Part shown: one piece after another, positions 56,733-64,000 of the stretch
How the letters are laid out: each line of letters starts with the position of its first letter
How positions within the stretch are numbered: position 1 is the first letter of the stretch
Origin: Candidatus Binatia bacterium
GTDB lineage: Bacteria; Desulfobacterota; Binatia; UBA9968
Direction: 5' to 3'
NCBI GenBank assembly: GCA_036506735.1
Contig: DASXRG010000136.1
Span: 17,654 to 81,653 of the forward strand
Length of the DNA: 64,000 nt
Notes under the pieces: model-generated
Databases searched by the model: none
Seen by the model: the letters and a program-made list of their open reading frames with translations, nothing else
What the model was told of the DNA's origin: nothing
Translations under genes and position numbers: made by a program

Positions 56733-57323
56733 CTAAAACGGCAACGCTATCTGCTCCCCCGCCTTGGGCTCGGCGCGTGGACGTTGCGCCAATGCTTTGA
56801 TGCGTCCCTCGAGCCATTGAATATAGAATCGATGGGTCTTCCGCTTCTGCAGCGCGGCGATGCAGAGGCGGCGAACTGATTGCGAATACGCCGGCCAGTT
56901 TTCTCGCATGACGCGCGGCAGGCGAATGTACGTCGGCGCATCGTCGCAAAACAAATTGCTCCGCGCTAGCGTCCAGATGTCGCACTGCTTCTCGCCGTAA
57001 GGAATCGTACCGCCCTTCCCTACTTTCTTTTCCTTCCAAGAAATCTTCGACAGCCCTTGCAGCAAGTGCGTCATCTCGTGGCCGATCGTATTGTAGGTGA
57101 GCGTTTTGACTTTGAGGCGGATCGTGAGCTTCGCCGCGGCTTCGGCGCGGAGCGGCACGAGCGCGCTGCCGAGATGCGCCGCCGTGTAACCGACGGTGAT
57201 TTTTTTGCCCTGCAGCTCGGGAAAATGGCGCAACGCGTTTTGCAGCATGTCGATGACGCGGCGGGAGAGCCGCTTTTTCATCCGCGGCGTGAAGAGGAAA
57301 GGGAATTCCGGCGCGCGACTCAT
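56733..57323 (-). CDS. Putative HExxH zinc metallopeptidase (SprT/YgjP-like)
   Basis: Motif TIGHEMTHLLQG. Family placement uncertain. Confidence 0.45.
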   Translation of the reverse strand: MSRAPEFPFLFTPRMKKRLSRRVIDMLQNALRHFPELQGKKITVGYTAAHLGSALVPLRAEAAAKLTIRLKVKTLTYNTIGHEMTHLLQGLSKISWKEKKVGKGGTIPYGEKQCDIWTLARSNLFCDDAPTYIRLPRVMRENWPAYSQSVRRLCIAALQKRKTHRFYIQWLEGRIKALAQRPRAEPKAGEQIALPF

Positions 57324-57392
57324 TGATCGCGACGATTTTACGCGATTTGGCGGCGGCGGAAAAGAGTTTTTTTGAGCAGAGAACCCGGTGCG

Positions 57393-58490
57393 TTAGTCCA
57401 GTTTAGTATGGAGCCAAGTCAAAACCGTCTTAAAAATGTCGGGAATCGCGCCCATGTGGCCGCCGGAAAAAAGCCGCATCGCTTTCGGCTCGCCGTGCTC
57501 GAGCAGCAGGTAAAAATCCTCCAGCGGCACCTGCTTGTCCTCCTTGCCGTTGACGAGCAGCATCGGCGCGCACGGTTTGTCGAGCCAGCCCTGAGTTTTT
57601 AACGAGAGCGCCGGCATGACCTCGATCAGCTCTTCGAAAGTTTTCTTGCCGAAGAGATTCGCCCGCGCCTCGATCAAGTCGAAAAGATAGGACGGCGCGT
57701 TGCGCGATCTTTCCTGCCATTCGGCCTGAAAAAAGGAGTGGACGCCGCCGCCCCAGTTGACGGCGGCGCGCAATCTTTCATGCTCGACGTGGGCCATCTT
57801 GGTGGACCAGTAGCCGCCGAAGCTCGCGCCGACTACGGCGATTTTCTTCGGATCGACCTCGGGTCGCTTGAGCAAATAATCCAGCGCGGCCGAGTGAACG
57901 CGATGCGCGTCGGGCGACGCCAGCATCGGACATTCGCCGGTGCCCGGGCTGTCCAACACCAAACAGCCCCAGCCCTCGCGCACGAACGCCTCGGCAAAGG
58001 TCAGACGCTCTTCTTTCCAGTTGTCGATCCCGCCCCAGTGCATCACCAACGGCGCGGGCAGCTTCTTGGGAAATCTCAGGTGGCCGGCTATCTCTTTGCC
58101 GTCGAAGGGGATCGCGACGCGCTCGAGCGGAATGTCGAAGTAGCGGGAAGCGGCCAGATACATTTCGCGGGTCTTGAGATAAGCCTGCCGCTTGCCCGGA
58201 GAGTTGGGAAATGGATGGCGCGCGATGCCGTAGTAACCGTAGGCTTTGAGTAAGGCCGCCTTCGCCTGCTTGGCGTCGCCGCGAGCCTCCGCCGCCTTCG
58301 CCTTGTTTTCCCAGCGGGCGCCGATCTCGCTCCACGCCGCGGCCCACTTTTCGGCTTCGATGCTGTCCAGCCTGGCGAGCGCTTCTTCGGCCTCTGCCTT
58401 GTCGGCGTGAGAAAACGGGGCGCGCAGGCCGACGCGGCTCCGAATGTCGTCTTTGATTTCAGCGAGAGTACGTGCGGCGAACATGCTCAT
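57393..58490 (-). CDS. Alpha/beta hydrolase, FrsA/DUF1100-like esterase family, paralog
   Basis: LVMHWGGIDNWKEE...KIAVVGASFGGYW...LLVNGKEDKQVP...SGGHM. Third copy in the window. Confidence 0.7.
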   Translation of the reverse strand: MSMFAARTLAEIKDDIRSRVGLRAPFSHADKAEAEEALARLDSIEAEKWAAAWSEIGARWENKAKAAEARGDAKQAKAALLKAYGYYGIARHPFPNSPGKRQAYLKTREMYLAASRYFDIPLERVAIPFDGKEIAGHLRFPKKLPAPLVMHWGGIDNWKEERLTFAEAFVREGWGCLVLDSPGTGECPMLASPDAHRVHSAALDYLLKRPEVDPKKIAVVGASFGGYWSTKMAHVEHERLRAAVNWGGGVHSFFQAEWQERSRNAPSYLFDLIEARANLFGKKTFEELIEVMPALSLKTQGWLDKPCAPMLLVNGKEDKQVPLEDFYLLLEHGEPKAMRLFSGGHMGAIPDIFKTVLTWLHTKLD

Positions 58491-58776
58491 TCCTCCCCTT
58501 TGACGTGAACTCTAGTGCCCGAGCCCAGGCTTTGCAACCCGGTTTGAGTCCGAGAGAGAATGTGATCGCTTCCCATGCTGCGCCGTATTTTGTCTTAACA
58601 TCAAAACAATTCCGTATTTCGGTATGATTACGGTTTTTGGTTCCTGGTAGAGAACAGACCGTGGCCAGAAATCCCTATAAATGCGACAAATCAGTGGCTT
58701 ATAAGACGGAACATTGCAGAATTCTTTGGCCTGCCTTTTGCTCCCTCACCCTGGATCCTGGTCTTGGAGAACCGCT

Positions 58777-61308
58777 ATGCAAACTTTTCAGCCATTATTT
58801 TTGTTCAACCTGCCCATTCCAGTTTGGCAAATCGCGCTCTATGTCGCGCTGATGAGTTTCTTTCTGATCAACCACAAGATCAGATTATGCCTTGCCACGT
58901 CGTATCTGTTCATCTTGTTTTGGCTTTACTATTCGTTCCGGGCCGATCTCCTTTTGGTTACCAAAGAAGATTTCGTCGCGCAGGCTGCCTATACCGTGTT
59001 TGGATTTGCCCTCTTGGGACTTGGCCTGTTTGCCTATTTCTTTGTCGAAGGCGGCACGGAAACTCTTTTAGAAAACTTAAGCAAGCGGAACGGGGAAATC
59101 GCCGACCTGAAGTTAAAATTGAAAAAGGCGGAAAAAAGAGTCCACGGGCTGGAGACCCAGGCGGAGGAAGCGCAGCGCAGTTTTCAAGCGCAGGAATCGT
59201 CCCTGGCGAAACAACTGGAGGAAGAGTTAAACGCCGACATCGCCGCGCTCGAACATCGATTAAACGACCGGGAAAATCTGCTCGAGAAACGCAACGAAGA
59301 GATTGCCGACCTCAAGTCAACGGCAAGAGAGGCCGAAAAAAGCGCATCCGGATTGAAGACCCAGGTTGAAGAAATGCAGCGCAGCCTCGAAGCCGATCAG
59401 TCGACCTTTAGGAAAAGCCTGGAAAAAGAGTTCCACAAAAAGGTCGCCGATCTGGAGCATCGACTTAAGGACGGTGCGAATCTCCTCGAGAAGCGTAATG
59501 GAGAGATCGCCGACTTAAAATCCAAGGCAAAAGATGCGGAGAAAAACGCCCAGGCGCTGAAAACTCAAGTCGAGGACGGTCAGCGCAGGGCGGATGAGGC
59601 GGAAAAAAGCGCCCGCGCCTTGAAGACCCAGATCGAAGACGCGCAGCGCAGTTTCCAAGCTGAGCGATCGGCCGCCAAGAAAGCGCTCGAAAAGGAATTC
59701 AACACTCTCGAAAAAGAGTTCAATACAACGATCGCCGATCTCGAGCGCCGGCTAGAGGACGGCGAAAGCCTCATCGAGAAGCGCAACGGCGAGATCGCCG
59801 ACTTCAAGGCCAAGGCAAAGGAGACGGAGAAGAGCGCCCAGGCGCTGAAAACCCAGGTCGAGGACAGCCAGCGCCGGGCGGATGAAGCGGAAAAAAGCGC
59901 CCGCACGTTGAAGGCGCAGGTCGAAGAAGCTCAGCGCAGCTCTAACGCCCGGGACTCGACCGCGAAGAAAAAACTCGAGCAAGAGCTCAACGCAAAGATC
60001 GATGAACTCGAGCACCGGCTCAAGGACGGCGAGAGCCTGCTCGAGCAGCGCAACAGCGAGATCGCCGACCTGAAGTCCAAGACCAAAGAAGCGGAGAAAA
60101 ATTTTCATGCACTGAAGACTCAGGTCGAAGAAAGCCAGGCAAAGGTTAGGGAAGCGGAAAAAGACGCTCGCGCGTTCAAGGAAGACACGCAACGCGGCCA
60201 TACCGCCCAGGAATCGGCCGCCAAGAAAAAACTCGAGAAAGAGTTTAACGCAAAGATCGCCGACGTCGAACATCAACTGAAGGACAGCGAGAATCTCCTG
60301 GAGAAGCGCAACGGCGAGATTGCCGATCTGAAGTCGAAGGCAAAAGAGGCGGAAAAAGGCGCCCGGACGCTGAAGGCGCAGGTCGAGGAGACGCAGCGCA
60401 GCCTCCATGCGGAGCAGTCGGCCCTCATGAAAAAACTGGCGGACGAGCTGAACGGAAAGGTCGCCGACCTCCAACGGCGGCTGGAAGACGGCCAGGCTTT
60501 GTTAGAGAAGCGCAATGGAGAGATCGCCAGCTTCAAGCAGAAAACGGAAGAAGCGGAAAAAAGCGCGCGCGCATTGAAGCAGCAGGCGGAAGAAACGCAG
60601 CGAAGCCTTGACACGCGGGAATCGGCCGCCACAAAACAACTCGCGGACGAGCTCAACGCCAAGATCGCGGACCTCGAGCAACGGCTGAAGGACCGTGAGA
60701 ATCTGTTAGGGAAACGGAACGAGGAGATCGCGGACTTCAAGCGTAAGACGGTCGACGCGGAAAAAACCGCCTGGCTGTCGAAAAACCTGGACCAAAAAGA
60801 TCGACAAGGCCCTCCGGCTCAAATTTCCAAAAACGCGCTGGAGCAAGCGCTTAAAAATAACAAGGCACTGGAAAAACAGCTCAATGGTTTGGAAGAGCAG
60901 ATTAAAAACAAAGACAACCTGTTGAGCCTGATGGCGAAGCGCAACGGAGAGATTGCCGATTTGAAGCTGAGGGCGGAAGAAGCGGAGAAAAAAGTCCACG
61001 CGCTGAAAAATCACGACAAAGGCGTTGGGCACGATGCGCAAATACAAGATTCCAACAACAAGAATCTGGAGCAGGAGTTGAAAAACAAGATGCTCGAGCT
61101 CAAACAGCTCCGGGAGCAGGTTAACCATAAAGAAGGCCTTCTCGGTCTCATGGCAAAACGCAACCTGGAACTTGCCGATCTGAAGTCAAAGGCCGATGAA
61201 AGGATCGAAGCGTTGGAGGCTCAACTGCAAGAAAGCCGGCCGGTGCTCCACACCGGAGAATCCGGCAACGGCAATTCGCACTCCAATCATCAGAACCACA
61301 GACCTTGA
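58777..61308 (+). CDS. Membrane-anchored giant coiled-coil tandem-repeat protein (3 N-terminal TM helices, then ~10 repeats of ~66-93 residues)
   Basis: Start at ATG 58777 (GGAGAA RBS); ORF could extend to 58714. TM segments WQIALYVALMSFFLI, LCLATSYLFILFWLYY, AAYTVFGFALLGLGLFAYFFV. Repeat unit LEKRNGEIADLKSKAKEAEKSARALKTQVEEAQRS...EKEFNAKIADLEHRLKDGENL with heptad pattern. Confidence 0.7.
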   Translation: MQTFQPLFLFNLPIPVWQIALYVALMSFFLINHKIRLCLATSYLFILFWLYYSFRADLLLVTKEDFVAQAAYTVFGFALLGLGLFAYFFVEGGTETLLENLSKRNGEIADLKLKLKKAEKRVHGLETQAEEAQRSFQAQESSLAKQLEEELNADIAALEHRLNDRENLLEKRNEEIADLKSTAREAEKSASGLKTQVEEMQRSLEADQSTFRKSLEKEFHKKVADLEHRLKDGANLLEKRNGEIADLKSKAKDAEKNAQALKTQVEDGQRRADEAEKSARALKTQIEDAQRSFQAERSAAKKALEKEFNTLEKEFNTTIADLERRLEDGESLIEKRNGEIADFKAKAKETEKSAQALKTQVEDSQRRADEAEKSARTLKAQVEEAQRSSNARDSTAKKKLEQELNAKIDELEHRLKDGESLLEQRNSEIADLKSKTKEAEKNFHALKTQVEESQAKVREAEKDARAFKEDTQRGHTAQESAAKKKLEKEFNAKIADVEHQLKDSENLLEKRNGEIADLKSKAKEAEKGARTLKAQVEETQRSLHAEQSALMKKLADELNGKVADLQRRLEDGQALLEKRNGEIASFKQKTEEAEKSARALKQQAEETQRSLDTRESAATKQLADELNAKIADLEQRLKDRENLLGKRNEEIADFKRKTVDAEKTAWLSKNLDQKDRQGPPAQISKNALEQALKNNKALEKQLNGLEEQIKNKDNLLSLMAKRNGEIADLKLRAEEAEKKVHALKNHDKGVGHDAQIQDSNNKNLEQELKNKMLELKQLREQVNHKEGLLGLMAKRNLELADLKSKADERIEALEAQLQESRPVLHTGESGNGNSHSNHQNHRP
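59083..61230 (+). repeat. Tandem degenerate in-frame DNA repeats (~200-280 bp, ~10 copies) inside the coiled-coil gene
   Basis: Recurring block aagcgcaacggNgagatYgccgaYctgaag (KRNGEIADLK) at ~59083, 59284, 59491, 59770, 60037, 60298, 60508, 60706, 60937 and 61150. Confidence 0.7.
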
Positions 61309-61359
61309 CCCGCCCTGAATAAACGACCACCGTGGCGAAACGATCGCCGCGCGTTCCGT

Positions 61360-62370
61360 TTACCTTTTATCCCCCCAGAGCTTGGCGAAGAAATCGCTTT
61401 TATCCAGCTCGATTAAATATCTGCGATCGATCAAGTCCGCCGGCTTGGCGAGTTTCGCCCGCGGGTCCGTCGGGGCGATCTCGTCGAGCGAAGCCTGCAG
61501 CGCCGATGGTTGGATTTCCAAACGGCGCTCGAGGGCGGGAATCTCCGATTGATAAGCGGCGTCGAGAATCTTCGTGTCGGTGACGCGCATATATTTCCCC
61601 AGGACTTTGTAGACGAGGTTTTTGTCGGTGTGCAAAATTTTCGCCGCCTCGGCCATCGCCCGCATGAACCTTCCGATGACCGGACCGCGCTGAGCGATCA
61701 CCGAGCGGAGCGTGACGAACGTAGTGGCGGCATAAGGAATGCGAAGCTCCAGACCGTTGACGATCAGACGGTATCCCTGCGACGCCGCGCCCGCGTCGCC
61801 CGGCGCAACCAGCGAGGCCGCATCGACACGGCCGGCGACGAGCGCCGCCAGCGACTCCGGCCCCCCGCCTGTCGGCACCGCCTGAACATCCTTGCCGGCG
61901 TCGAGACCGAATTTTCTCAGCGCCTGGATGGTGAAATAGTGGGTATTGCTGCCGAACCGCCCTATCCCGATCCTTCGTCCTTTCAGCTCCTCGGGCCGTT
62001 TGATCTCCGCCTTGCCCATAATGTTGTGCGTCAGGATGTTTTTTACGGCGCCGATGAAGACCAAATCGGTGCTGCCTTGAACGTAAGCGCGCACGTTGCC
62101 GATCGCGCCCGTGACGGCGATCTCCCCGTCGCCGCCCAACATGGCGGCGGTTGCGACCGGCGACGACGAGATGAAAACCAGGCGAAAATCCAGATCGTAT
62201 TTTTTAAACAGTCCCGCATCCTGGGCGATCCACGGCATCGATTGCGACAAGACTTGCGCCGAGTGAAGGCCGACCAGCTTGTCGGCCGCGCAAACTCCGC
62301 CGTAAGGCAACAACGAGCCCAGCACGACGAACGCCGACCAACGAAAATATCTGTGAAAATGTTTGAACAT
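61360..62370 (-). CDS. NMT1/SsuA-like periplasmic SBP, orphan
   Basis: Signal peptide FRWSAFVVLGSLLPYGGVCAADK. SsuA-like core (AMLGGDGEIAVTGAIGN; LKGRRIGIGRFGSNTH). Confidence 0.75.
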   Translation of the reverse strand: MFKHFHRYFRWSAFVVLGSLLPYGGVCAADKLVGLHSAQVLSQSMPWIAQDAGLFKKYDLDFRLVFISSSPVATAAMLGGDGEIAVTGAIGNVRAYVQGSTDLVFIGAVKNILTHNIMGKAEIKRPEELKGRRIGIGRFGSNTHYFTIQALRKFGLDAGKDVQAVPTGGGPESLAALVAGRVDAASLVAPGDAGAASQGYRLIVNGLELRIPYAATTFVTLRSVIAQRGPVIGRFMRAMAEAAKILHTDKNLVYKVLGKYMRVTDTKILDAAYQSEIPALERRLEIQPSALQASLDEIAPTDPRAKLAKPADLIDRRYLIELDKSDFFAKLWGDKR

Positions 62371-62556
62371 GAAACTCCTCGCTTCCCGCCTGATTCGGAT
62401 TCTGCGTCTGATATTACCTCTTATTGAGCGGCGCGTTCAACAAAGCCGTAGCCGTCAGTCAAAAATTTCAAGCGAATTGACAGTACGGCACTGTTGATCT
62501 ACTGTCTGGCGAGCTTGGGCCGAACGCACAAGAGCAAGTCAAAGGAGGCGCCTCTC

Positions 62557-63807
62557 ATGGTAACCCGCAGCACGTCGAGCTTCGGTCTGGTCGGCACGGA
62601 CTGGCAGCAGCGCATCAATTGGGATCGGCTCAGGAAGTACCGCCTCGACCGCGCGCGTGAGGCATTGAAGCGCAACGGATTGGGCGCGATCCTCGCGATG
62701 TACGACGAAAACGTCCGCTACATTTCGAGCACGGTCACGCCCGGCTGGTGCCGCCTGAAGCCCGGCCTGCGCTACGCGCTCTTGTGCGAGGGCGCCGAGC
62801 CCGTGCTCTTCGAGCAAGGCGACATCGGCATACAAATCAATCGCCACTGCCCGTGGATTCCGCGCGACAACGTGCGCTACGCCTACTCCTGGATCAAAGG
62901 CGCCGTCGGTGGCGCGTCGCGCCAGCAGGTAAAAAAATTCACCGAGGCGATCGTCGAAGAGCTGAAGAAGTACCACGTGGACAAGGCTCCCCTTGGCGTC
63001 GACTTTGTCGACCTCAACATGATCAACGCCTTCAAGGAAGCGGGCATCAACTGGACCGACGGCGCATCTCCGATGGTGGAAGCGCGCGCGATCAAGAACG
63101 AGGACGAGCTGGAGGCGATGCGCATCGTCGCCGCCATCTGCGACGGCTGCCACACGGCGATCTCCCATTTCATCAGACCGGGAATGCAGGAGCACCAGAT
63201 CACCGCCTTCGCCATGAACTTCCTCTACAACATTCCGGGGATCGAAGACGTGGAGGACATCATCGTATCGTCCGGGCCGAATAGCTGGCCGAACTGGCGG
63301 CACTTTTCCGATCGGATCATCCAGCCGGGCGATCTGGTGATCATTGACATGGCGGCAGTCACCTGGAACGGCTACAAGAGCTGCATGTACCGCACCTACT
63401 GCGTGGGTAAAAAGCCGACCAAAGAGCAGAACGATTTTTATCATATCGCCTACGATTGGCTGTATCGGGCCATCGAAAAGGTGAAACCCGGAGCGACGAC
63501 AAAGGAGATCGCCGAGGTCTGGCCCTCGGCGATGGAGACTTGGGGATACAAAGAAGAGGATCAGGCGGCGGCGAATCTGTGGGGCCATGGGCTCGGACTC
63601 GCGCAATACGACACGCCGGTCATCTCGCGAATTTATTCTCTCGACTTCCCGGTAGTGATCCAGCCCGGAATGAGCTTTGCGCTGGAGACCCAGCACGGCA
63701 AGCCGCTTCAGTGGGGCGTACGGCTGGAGGAGATGATGGTCGTCACCGAAAGGGGGCCGGAAGTCACGACCCAATTTCCCATAGAGGAAATCACCGTCAT
63801 CGATTAG
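62557..63807 (+). CDS. M24-family metallopeptidase (Xaa-Pro aminopeptidase/creatinase/ectoine-hydrolase-like)
   Basis: AAAGGAGG RBS before ATG 62557. Creatinase_N-like N-domain and pita-bread C-domain with metal ligands (DLVIIDMAA, HGLGL, FALE, VRLEEMMVVTE). Confidence 0.8.
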   Translation: MVTRSTSSFGLVGTDWQQRINWDRLRKYRLDRAREALKRNGLGAILAMYDENVRYISSTVTPGWCRLKPGLRYALLCEGAEPVLFEQGDIGIQINRHCPWIPRDNVRYAYSWIKGAVGGASRQQVKKFTEAIVEELKKYHVDKAPLGVDFVDLNMINAFKEAGINWTDGASPMVEARAIKNEDELEAMRIVAAICDGCHTAISHFIRPGMQEHQITAFAMNFLYNIPGIEDVEDIIVSSGPNSWPNWRHFSDRIIQPGDLVIIDMAAVTWNGYKSCMYRTYCVGKKPTKEQNDFYHIAYDWLYRAIEKVKPGATTKEIAEVWPSAMETWGYKEEDQAAANLWGHGLGLAQYDTPVISRIYSLDFPVVIQPGMSFALETQHGKPLQWGVRLEEMMVVTERGPEVTTQFPIEEITVID

Positions 63808-63837
63808 GCGATTCCGGCGGCGGCCTATTCCATTCAA

Positions 63838-64000
63838 TGAAGCGACGATCAAAGACGTCGAAGACGCGAAAACGCGCCGCCGCTTTAGCAGAGCGCTCAC
63901 GCCGTGCGTCATCCACGATCGATATTCACGCCCACTTTGTTCCCGAGGGGTATCTCCGCGCCATCGAGGCGGAAGGAGAGCCGCGCGGCGTGCGTCTGCT
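63838..64000 (+). CDS. Amidohydrolase-2 (ACMSD/TIM-barrel metal hydrolase) family protein, 5' part only; runs off the window end
   Basis: ...STIDIHAHFVPEGYLRAIEA is the HxH metal-binding start of amidohydrolase_2 enzymes. Start codon uncertain. Confidence 0.45.

Noticed and set aside
59083-61230. Possible CRISPR array suggested by ~10 regularly spaced repeats
   Set aside because: Repeats are 200-280 bp, degenerate, in-frame and translate to a heptad coiled coil. There are no short identical repeats separated by unique spacers and no cas genes, so this is a repetitive protein gene, not CRISPR.
61309-61359. Terminator after the coiled-coil gene
   Set aside because: Only a weak 5-bp stem (ggcga...tcgcc) with an interrupted T-rich tail, which is not convincing. 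The region is also the convergent end of the 61360 SBP gene.
1-64000. Mobile elements, integrases, transposases, prophage or toxin-antitoxin genes
   Set aside because: No transposase or integrase motifs (DDE, Tyr-recombinase R..HxxR..Y) and no phage structural genes were seen in any frame. The gene fragments at 46919-47534 and 55676-55852 lack flanking IS sequences or inverted repeats.

Overview
High-GC (~63-65%) bacterial chromosomal segment, probably from an uncultured soil or sediment bacterium; no rRNA or tRNA genes are visible. Gene density is high and many long antisense ORFs are typical high-GC artefacts. Main content: (i) a ~10 kb plus-strand transport cluster (634-10753) containing five paralogous periplasmic solute-binding proteins (SBPs) of the Fe3+/thiamine type, one fused 12-TM permease, no ATPase, and a tandemly duplicated cassette of SBP plus signal-less NMT1/THI5-like protein; (ii) at least nine further orphan NMT1/SsuA-like periplasmic SBP genes scattered across the window, plus one complete sulfonate-type ABC transporter (ATPase, permease and SBP at 26940-29694); (iii) a 710-aa Gln/Thr-rich low-complexity protein co-transcribed with a TPR protein (10982-14031); (iv) a minus-strand operon of BNR beta-propeller protein, two unknown ~250-aa proteins and two 4Fe-4S ferredoxins (18215-21359); (v) CoA-transferase and crotonase catabolic genes, a MetE-like methyltransferase, DacC, malate synthase G (glcB), and frmA (class III alcohol dehydrogenase); (vi) a secreted TPR-CHAT protease operon with a membrane protein and a secreted protein (47634-51766); (vii) an 844-aa membrane-anchored protein made of ~10 tandem ~69-residue coiled-coil repeats (58777-61308); (viii) a rearrangement and paralog hot-spot with gene fragments (frmA 5' fragment with duplicated promoter, dienelactone hydrolase 3' fragment, methyltransferase fragment) and a comE-SBP-comD arrangement in which a sulfopyruvate/phosphonopyruvate decarboxylase is split by an SBP gene. 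No transposases, CRISPR arrays or prophage genes were recognised.
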